A DNA stretch of 64,000 nt from Minisyncoccia bacterium. Its GTDB lineage: Bacteria; Patescibacteriota; Minisyncoccia; Phycocordibacterales; GWA1-40-21. The notes beneath the pieces are model-generated. The model was not told the DNA's origin and ran no database searches. It was given only the letters and a program-made list of their open reading frames with translations. The DNA is taken from positions 166,179 to 230,178 of the forward strand of contig JBAQFI010000012.1 of the NCBI GenBank assembly GCA_049287185.1. Direction: 5' to 3'. Below, piece by piece: positions 57,552-64,000 of the stretch. Numbering within the stretch: the stretch's first letter is position 1; each line of letters starts with the position of its first letter. Position numbers and translations under genes: made by a program.

Positions 57552-58401
57552 TCAAAACATAAAAACTGCCTTTATGGGTAGTTCTGAATTTTCCGTTATT
57601 GTTTTAGACAATCTTAAAAAGGCTGGACTAATTCCCGATTTGATTGTGTCAGCTCCTGACAAACCACGTGGTCGCAAAATGGTCATCACTCCAAATGAAG
57701 TGAAAACCTGGGCCATTAAAAATAATATCCCAGTTGTGACTCCTGACAAATTAAAAAATCCTGATTTTCTGGAAGTAATTAAAAATCACGATTTACACAT
57801 TGTTGCTTCCTACGGCAAAATAATTCCGGCTGGAGTTTTATCCAGTGCCAAATATGGCAGTGTAAATATTCATCCTTCCCTACTACCAAAATATCGTGGC
57901 CCATCACCACTCCAAACAGCTATTTTAAATAATGACAAAAATACTGGCATTTCCATTATGCTTTTAGATGCCGAAGTGGATCACGGACCAATTTTAGCTC
58001 AAGAAAATATTTCTCCTGAAAACTGGCCTGTTTCTTTTAATGAACTGGAAAAAATTACGGCTGAGGCTGGAACAAAATTGCTTATCAAAGTTTTACCTGA
58101 CTGGATAAATAATTCGATAAAAGCCCGCGAGCAAGATCACAGCCAAGCAACTTTTACCAAAAAAGTTGAGAAAACTCACGGTCTGATTAGTCTTACCGAT
58201 AAACCTATGACTAATTTACTGAAAACTAAGGCTTATAGCGAATGGCCCAATACTTATTTTATTGTTAAACACAAAGATCGAGATATCCGAGTCATTGTCA
58301 AAGATGCTAAACTTGAGGCTGGTCAGTTTGTCCCAACGAGAGTTATTCCAGAAGGAAAAAAAGAAATGGACTATAAATCATTTCTTCAGGGACTTAAATA
58401 G
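57538..58401 (+). CDS. fmt: methionyl-tRNA formyltransferase (start at MIINN, 14 nt overlap with def)
   Basis: formyltransferase N-domain SLLPKYRG motif and C-domain. Confidence 0.9.
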   Translation: MIINNQNIKTAFMGSSEFSVIVLDNLKKAGLIPDLIVSAPDKPRGRKMVITPNEVKTWAIKNNIPVVTPDKLKNPDFLEVIKNHDLHIVASYGKIIPAGVLSSAKYGSVNIHPSLLPKYRGPSPLQTAILNNDKNTGISIMLLDAEVDHGPILAQENISPENWPVSFNELEKITAEAGTKLLIKVLPDWINNSIKAREQDHSQATFTKKVEKTHGLISLTDKPMTNLLKTKAYSEWPNTYFIVKHKDRDIRVIVKDAKLEAGQFVPTRVIPEGKKEMDYKSFLQGLK

Positions 58402-58405
58402 CACA

Positions 58406-58441
58406 AAAAAACTACTAACCATAATGGTTAGTAGTTTTTTT
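58406..58441. terminator. bidirectional terminator aaaaactactaacc-ataa-tggttagtagttttt
   Basis: seen directly. Confidence 0.75.
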
Positions 58442-58444
58442 GTG

Positions 58445-59029
58445 CTATTTAAGTGTGACACTCTTTATAACCACGGGAGTGATCAACCCTCCTCTATTAT
58501 TTTTCGGGGCCTTGGCCATAGCAGACAAAATATCTAGACCATTAGTTACCCTAGCGAATACTGCGTGTTCACCCTCTAGCCACGGTGCAGCATAGCCAGT
58601 AACAATAAAGAAACCACCACTCTTCTCACCAGTAACTGTTCCCAGTGAACCAAAGGTCATATGTTCATTATTTACTTCATTCCATGACACCTCCATTGTT
58701 GAGGTCGGAGCAGAAAACTGAATGAAATCATTTACCATATCGGACATTCTAACCCCATTATATAAACCAGCTTTAGTTAATTTAATAAATGAATTAACTG
58801 ACAGAGGTGCCGCTTCCTTCAAAAAAGAGATTTCTAAAATACCAAAATTGGTTTCAATGATTGCCCCTTTGGCTGAAGAGTTTAAATTACCAGCATTATC
58901 AATATTGTTATTCGCAAAATAAAGGGAAAGAGATACTGTTATCATCAATAGGAAAATAACAATACTGGAAATTAAAATTGAACGATGTTTTACAAGGTTT
59001 TGTATCATACTACTCTTCCTTACTACCAC
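58445..59029 (-). CDS. ppiB: membrane-anchored cyclophilin-type peptidyl-prolyl isomerase
   Basis: cyclophilin core motifs (FIKL...G.Y.G, FFI). Confidence 0.85.
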   Translation of the reverse strand: MVVRKSSMIQNLVKHRSILISSIVIFLLMITVSLSLYFANNNIDNAGNLNSSAKGAIIETNFGILEISFLKEAAPLSVNSFIKLTKAGLYNGVRMSDMVNDFIQFSAPTSTMEVSWNEVNNEHMTFGSLGTVTGEKSGGFFIVTGYAAPWLEGEHAVFARVTNGLDILSAMAKAPKNNRGGLITPVVIKSVTLK

Positions 59030-59399
59030 CAGATAGACCTCTGAGCATACTCTTCAATTTAGCACCACCGCGACGAATGAGACTGGTTCTTCGTTCTTTA
59101 TTGTGTTCAACAACACGGACTATTTCATCTTTAACCTCATCGATTGCCTGATAGAGGTCTTCTTTTTGGGATTTTACGGTGTAACTGCGACCTCGGATTA
59201 AAGCCTTAACTTCAGCTAGAAATATGGCTCCTTCTTTGTGGTGATTGGTAGTTTTTTCAATATCAATATTAAATTCAGCCGCCTCAACAACATCTGGGTT
59301 ATGACCTAAAAACTTTTCAACATGGGAGATGCGCTTATTAATATAATCATTTATGGCTGGAGTAATTTCTAGATTCTTTGAATGAATAGTTATTTTCAT
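59010..59399 (-). CDS. hpf: ribosome hibernation promoting factor / RaiA, short form
   Basis: MKI.I...NLE.TPAI..Y pattern. Confidence 0.85.
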   Translation of the reverse strand: MKITIHSKNLEITPAINDYINKRISHVEKFLGHNPDVVEAAEFNIDIEKTTNHHKEGAIFLAEVKALIRGRSYTVKSQKEDLYQAIDEVKDEIVRVVEHNKERRTSLIRRGGAKLKSMLRGLSGGSKEE

Positions 59400-59425
59400 A
59401 TTTTTGATAATTTATTAATAATTTT

Positions 59426-59647
59426 TTAACGGCCAGCGCTCAAGATTTTACTTGGCGAATGATGGCCACTAATAATCCTTATATCTCCATTATACTCCGG
59501 AAACTTTTCTTTGACCAACTCTAAAATACGTTTATTGGCTAAATTTCTTTCAGCCGGCTCTTTAACCCAGATTCGTAAAAAATTTGGTTCAATTTCTTCA
59601 ATCTTCTCCTTCTTAGCATTCGTGACTGCTCTAATCTTTATGTACAT
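59426..59647 (-). CDS. DUF167/YggU-family protein
   Basis: family-typical 70-aa fold signature (V.A.....G.I.G). Confidence 0.6.
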   Translation of the reverse strand: MYIKIRAVTNAKKEKIEEIEPNFLRIWVKEPAERNLANKRILELVKEKFPEYNGDIRIISGHHSPSKILSAGR

Positions 59648-59764
59648 AGTACAATTATAGCGCTAGACATAGTTAAAAACAAAAGCCTTAGGTATTGCCT
59701 TTATCCTTATTTTTGCTAAGATGATAGACGTATTCTAGCCACAAAATAGGAATACAAAATATAT

Positions 59765-59836
59765 TCCGTGGTAGCTCAGTGGTAGAGCGATCGCCTGTTA
59801 AGCGATTGGTCGTAGGTTCGATCCCTACCCACGGAG
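59765..59836 (+). tRNA. tRNA-Asn (anticodon GUU)
   Basis: manual cloverleaf: acceptor TCCGTGG/CCACGGA, anticodon loop CTGTTAA, T-loop TTCGATC. Confidence 0.9.
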
Positions 59837-61378
59837 CAATGTAGGATGAGAGAGCACGAAAGTGCTCTTTTGTCTTTTATTAGCAACGTTTTTCTCTGGT
59901 TCGAAAGTATCATTAAGTACTGGTACCCAATTAGTCAAAAACTGGAAGGCTAAAGTGTAATCTGCACTTATTTCATCTGTGTTTAATGACATGTTCGAAA
60001 ATATTTTGCTGAGAAGTAATCTCTTGTCTTCTATACTGCATCTTGGACTCTTATATATCTCTTCTGCTTTTGACGCTAGTTCATGAATTGCAAAACCAAT
60101 TTCATAATACTTTGTATTTCCTTCATTTAATTTCTTGAGTAATTCAATACCATCTTCCTTATCCTTTGTGTATTCTGCAAATTTTTTATTATAGAATTCC
60201 GGTGTAATCTTTGAATCAATCTTATCTTCATAAATAGCTTCGAGACGCTTTTGTGCTAATTCAACTTGTTGATTGGCTTCCTTTTGCATTGTGACCTGAT
60301 ATTTTATTTCCCCATCATGATTACTTTTAAGTGCTTCTTCAAGAATTTTTAAAACATTTCTTGATTTTGGAGCGACTTTATCAAACAGAGGAAATATCAT
60401 TTCTTCAACTTTCTCCTGACGAAACCACTTCTTTTGACTGCATTTTCGGTAATGATTACAATGTCCATACCAATGTTCTCTTTGAATTTCCCAAGTAACT
60501 GTTCCTTTGCATTCACCACATTCTATCTTTGCTTTAAATACAGGTAGATGTTTTCGATATTGAGGAACCTTAAATTTACGCATCAATTTTTCTTTAACTT
60601 GATCGAAAAGACTTTTGGCTATTATAGGTTCATGCTTGGCTGGATAGAGATTTCCATTCCAACTCATCATGCCGTAATAGAAAGGGTCTGAAAGAAGATC
60701 ATACATTCTTGATTTCCCCACTTTTTTTCCTTCTCTATTTCTTAAACCTTTCTTATACATAAGGTCTGAAAGAGCAGGAGTTGAATAGTTACCAGTTGAA
60801 TATAACCGAAACATTTCAATTATTATTGGTTTTCTCTCCTCATCTATAACATGTATCTTATGCCCTTTATCTCCAATGGTTTTATAACCTAATGGTGGCT
60901 TGGTTGGTAACCAACCCTGAGCTATCTTCTCTTTTTGCCCCTTTTTTACTTCTTCAGATAGATTAGCTATATACTTCTTTGCAAGGACAATTTCGATGTC
61001 CCATCTAAACTTCTCGTCTGATTTTGAGTATTTATGTATTACAAGATTTTGTTTTACAAAATGAATTTGTCTTTCGCAATTTTCTTCAACCCAGTTATTT
61101 ACGTCTAAAGCTTCTTTCAAATTCCTAGTTAGTCTATCAACTTTCTCGCATAATAATACTGATATACCATTTCTTAACATATAGCTCATCATTTCTCCGA
61201 ATATCTTTCTTTGTTTAGCACCACTTGCTGATTCTGCCACTGAAAAGGTCTTATCAACTTCAAATCCCCTCCTTTCTGCGTAATCAATCAAAAGTTTTTC
61301 CTGGGCTGGTAATGAATAACCTGTTTCTTCTTGTTCTTTAGATGATACCCTACAATATGCTACTGATTTAATTTTCAT
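59825..61378 (-). CDS. large serine recombinase/integrase (resolvase catalytic domain YCRVSSKEQ, recombinase domain, Zn ribbon), 3' end abuts tRNA-Asn
   Basis: catalytic Ser motif and domain order. Confidence 0.85.
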   Translation of the reverse strand: MKIKSVAYCRVSSKEQEETGYSLPAQEKLLIDYAERRGFEVDKTFSVAESASGAKQRKIFGEMMSYMLRNGISVLLCEKVDRLTRNLKEALDVNNWVEENCERQIHFVKQNLVIHKYSKSDEKFRWDIEIVLAKKYIANLSEEVKKGQKEKIAQGWLPTKPPLGYKTIGDKGHKIHVIDEERKPIIIEMFRLYSTGNYSTPALSDLMYKKGLRNREGKKVGKSRMYDLLSDPFYYGMMSWNGNLYPAKHEPIIAKSLFDQVKEKLMRKFKVPQYRKHLPVFKAKIECGECKGTVTWEIQREHWYGHCNHYRKCSQKKWFRQEKVEEMIFPLFDKVAPKSRNVLKILEEALKSNHDGEIKYQVTMQKEANQQVELAQKRLEAIYEDKIDSKITPEFYNKKFAEYTKDKEDGIELLKKLNEGNTKYYEIGFAIHELASKAEEIYKSPRCSIEDKRLLLSKIFSNMSLNTDEISADYTLAFQFLTNWVPVLNDTFEPEKNVANKRQKSTFVLSHPTLLRG

Positions 61379-61745
61379 AGTTTTTGTTATTATGATTATT
61401 TTCTAATAAGATTTTATAATTTACTTCTGCGAGTTTATCAAAGTAATCAACAAGATCTGAAAGTATCATGTTAGCATCATCGAAACTCATATTTTTGCAA
61501 TAATCGTCTTTGATAGCTTTTTGAAATCTTTCAATAATCTTTCTGCCAAATTTTCCATAAATAATGACAAGGATTAATTCAATGTCTAACAATCCACAAA
61601 TAGTAACTTCTTCGAAACAAAAGATTTCTAGTATTCCTTCATCTAATTTCTTCTTTTGTCTTAAATTAATACATTTTTCTAGTTTTTTCATAATTCTAGT
61701 TTTATATCTCTTCATTGACCACTTTATACTCACACTGCGCTTCAT
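61368..61745 (-). CDS. hypothetical protein in island
   Basis: ORF only. Confidence 0.35.
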   Translation of the reverse strand: MKRSVSIKWSMKRYKTRIMKKLEKCINLRQKKKLDEGILEIFCFEEVTICGLLDIELILVIIYGKFGRKIIERFQKAIKDDYCKNMSFDDANMILSDLVDYFDKLAEVNYKILLENNHNNKNYEN

Positions 61746-61825
61746 ACGACTCTGCTAGGCGAATGAAAGTTCAAAATGTGAGTAAATGATCATTTAGCGA
61801 TATATTTAATTAATAAAGGTCTCCT

Positions 61826-61853
61826 ATAACTAATTTGTTAACAAATTAGTTAT
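61826..61853. promoter_or_regulatory. 28 bp perfect palindrome ataactaatttgtt|aacaaattagttat, about 80 bp upstream of hypothetical gene 61745
   Basis: seen directly. Confidence 0.35.
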
Positions 61854-62026
61854 TTTTGACATGAACTGTAACGTTCTAAGTATTCTGTTACTGCTTCACC
61901 TAATACAGTTGAGAGGGTTTCATATCTTCGCTTGGCGTATCCTAAAGCGTCATCTTTTAAACCTCTATCTAAACGGACTAGTACAGTAGCACGTGTTTTT
62001 CGTCTTTTTCTTGTTTGTGTTTCCAT
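61850..62026 (-). CDS. candidate 58-aa ribbon-helix-helix DNA-binding protein (TRATVLVRLD strand, two helices)
   Basis: manual ORF; RHH-like pattern; 28 bp perfect palindrome overlapping its 3' end. Confidence 0.35.
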   Translation of the reverse strand: METQTRKRRKTRATVLVRLDRGLKDDALGYAKRRYETLSTVLGEAVTEYLERYSSCQK

Positions 62027-62799
62027 ATATTTTAGATTAATAATAAAACTGCCTACTTCTACTTAAATAGATTTAAGATTAAAACTTCATAATATTTGAA
62101 TACGAAAAAAGCCCTATTTACCTCATAGTAGGAATCTTCACAGACCTACCATGAGCTAAACAGGGTTCTTTATGTGAAGATTTTGTTATATACACAAGAC
62201 TTTGAAATAGACGTAATTCAATAGAATTCGACCTTAGAAAGCTTTAAAACTTAAATGAGCAACCGAAATATACATATTCATATTAATAAAGTAATTCTAA
62301 CATAGTCCCAAAAAGTCATCTTAATATCTGAAAGATATTAAATAAAAAATGAAAATAACCTTATAATATAGGGGTTTTCTTATAAAATGTCTGATGTAAC
62401 ACTAATTTAGTTTTGATAGTGGGGGGGGGCGTAGTTAAGTTTAACTTCCCTAGATATCCAAGAGACCCTAGGGTAACCAAACTATTTATGCTTCGGAAAA
62501 TTATTCTCAATTTCAAAATCGAGCGGTCAAAAAAATTTCTAAAATTTTCACAGAAAATAGGGTTGGCAAGGTTAAATAGAAAGGGTAGAATATAAGGGTC
62601 GGTAAAACTAAATATGTGACCTAACCTCCACAGAGTAATTTATGGAGCACGGTCTTAAATCGTAAGCCACAAACAACCTATCATTAGGGCGTGGCTTACG
62701 TTATACCGGGAAACTGGTATATGGCCGCAAGGCCTCCTAGTGGTAGGCTTTTTGTTGCTTATTTTTTAGGATTACTAATTAAAAACAAAAGAAAATTAA

Positions 62800-63867
62800 A
62801 TGAAAAATATCGGTAGTCTAATTTTGTTTTTAGTATTTTTATTCTTACCTATTACTTTTACATATGCCTACGGTGGATCATTAGGTACTTTTGGTAACCC
62901 ATTGCAGGTTGAGGTAGTACAAACACCATCACAAATACTAGACCAACAAAGAAGAGATATGGAATTGAGGTCTCAACAACAAAGCCAACAAAATTCTCTA
63001 AATTCTGCATTACACCTGCAACAAGAACTGAAATTTTTGGAATTAAAACAACAAGTAAATGATCGCTTTAAGCCATTCCCTGGTCACCTACCTACACCTA
63101 ACTGTCAAAATGGCTATGTTTTAATGAATGGAAGCTGTATTACTTATAATCAATCATGTAATCTTCAATATCCCAATACTGTTTTTGTAAATTATAATGG
63201 CAATGGTGAAAGAGTCTGTAATTGTGCGAGTGGTTATCTCTGGAATAAACAAAAAACAGGCTGTATTCTAGATTACAATTTAATCTGTTCCGATAAATTT
63301 GGAGCAGGATTTACCTGGGATGGCACAATTAATAGTGCTGGTGGCCCAAATTGTTCATCAGCGGTAGAAAATAATAAGATCTGCGCTAAAGATTATGGAG
63401 AAAGAAGTATTTGGAATGGCAAAACAAATGAAAAAGGTGGATTAATTTGTGATTGTATGACTGGCTATCAATGGAATTCTAATCAAACATCTTGTATTAC
63501 TATTTCCAAACCTAAAACAATTTCTACCACCACAGTGATAAATGGTGGTAGGAGTTTAGGGATCTGCACAAACAATGCGACTAACTATCCGACTTGTGAT
63601 AGTAATGTAAAAATATCCTGTGATAAAATAGTTTTTGGAAAAATGACAAGTTTTGGTGTTATAACTAAGGATGAATGTAGTTTGGCCTGGAAGAAAGCAG
63701 TTGAAGCAAAGCAACAGGAAACAAAAATAGAAGAAAATATTCAAAAAGCAACAACTACTGATGCGCAGATTATAAGTAATTCAAGTAGTACTGTTTTAGT
63801 AACTAGTAGTTTAGTTCAAAAAAACGGTGGCATTTGGAAAGTCATTACAGGCTGGTTTGGTTTTTAA
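62800..63867 (+). CDS. secreted Cys-rich repeat protein (4 copies of C.C..GY.WN....C, Gln-rich linker, C-terminal hydrophobic tail)
   Basis: signal peptide and repeat pattern. Confidence 0.5.
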   Translation: MKNIGSLILFLVFLFLPITFTYAYGGSLGTFGNPLQVEVVQTPSQILDQQRRDMELRSQQQSQQNSLNSALHLQQELKFLELKQQVNDRFKPFPGHLPTPNCQNGYVLMNGSCITYNQSCNLQYPNTVFVNYNGNGERVCNCASGYLWNKQKTGCILDYNLICSDKFGAGFTWDGTINSAGGPNCSSAVENNKICAKDYGERSIWNGKTNEKGGLICDCMTGYQWNSNQTSCITISKPKTISTTTVINGGRSLGICTNNATNYPTCDSNVKISCDKIVFGKMTSFGVITKDECSLAWKKAVEAKQQETKIEENIQKATTTDAQIISNSSSTVLVTSSLVQKNGGIWKVITGWFGF

Positions 63868-63887
63868 TACAAATCATATGAGTGATA

Positions 63888-64000
63888 ATAATATTGTAAA
63901 AATAAGAGTTCCACATACCCACTTTTGGGTATTAGGAGTTAAAAAAGACAATAATTTATGGGAACTATATCTAATTAATCCAAAAACTAATTACAAAGAA
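63888..64000 (+). CDS. 5' part of hypothetical gene running off window
   Basis: open frame from ATG to window end. Confidence 0.25.

Larger units (their letters stand above)
59837..64000. mobile_element. tRNA-Asn-associated integrative element (left end at tRNA 3' end; right end beyond window)
   Basis: integrase adjacent to tRNA, hypothetical/RHH/secreted cargo, AT-rich non-coding spacer. Confidence 0.55.

Noticed and set aside
62413-62595. 60-aa ORF in the AT-rich island spacer
   Set aside because: There is no RBS and the translation is low-complexity. The region looks non-coding, with hairpins and a G9 tract.
1-64000. Alternative genetic code with TGA as a sense codon (codes 4 or 25), prompted by the in-frame TGA at 31140
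   Set aside because: Essential genes give full-length products with the standard code, and several genes end on TGA with typical ATGnnTGA coupling. A single in-frame TGA is better explained as a local pseudogene or recoding event.

Overview
This is a low-GC, compact bacterial chromosome segment. Its gene content (proS without an editing domain, many short housekeeping genes, abundant small hypothetical proteins, TGA used as a stop codon) is compatible with a CPR/Patescibacteria-like lineage; that assignment is inference. 

Core genes, in window order: a secreted lysozyme-like protein, hypothetical proteins, leuA-type 2-isopropylmalate synthase, a DEDDh exonuclease, rpmA, uvrC, uvrA, rplI, ctpA, corA, cysS, dnaB, recR, rplU, rmuC, a GatB/YqeY protein, a dcw block (mraZ-rsmH-ftsL-ftsI-murF), an HslJ-like protein, lysS, greA, mrdA-mreD-mreC-mreB, proS, rseP, frr, holB, a second mreB, an HTH-fused murA, a priA-like gene, def-fmt, cyclophilin, hpf and a DUF167 protein. 

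Two tRNAs, tRNA-Glu(CUC) and tRNA-Asn(GUU), are each followed by accessory DNA.
- After tRNA-Glu: a copper-resistance operon (csoR-copA-HMA/CcdA-cupredoxin) with a CsoR operator, plus RadC, a DUF45 protein and small membrane proteins.
- After tRNA-Asn: an island led by a large serine recombinase that runs off the window end.

The window is unusually rich in small non-coding repeats. There are at least four MITE-like families, and one copy is inserted in frame inside uvrC. Heptad ATACTNN arrays sit upstream of promoters. An approximately 840 bp ORF-free region holds three tandem elements, each closed by a 12-14 bp terminal helix that shows compensatory changes between copies; these are candidate structured RNAs.

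Other oddities: an in-frame TGA splitting a histidine-phosphatase gene, a PriA homolog with degenerate Walker A/B motifs, an XRE-HTH::MurA fusion, and a tandem small-peptide operon.
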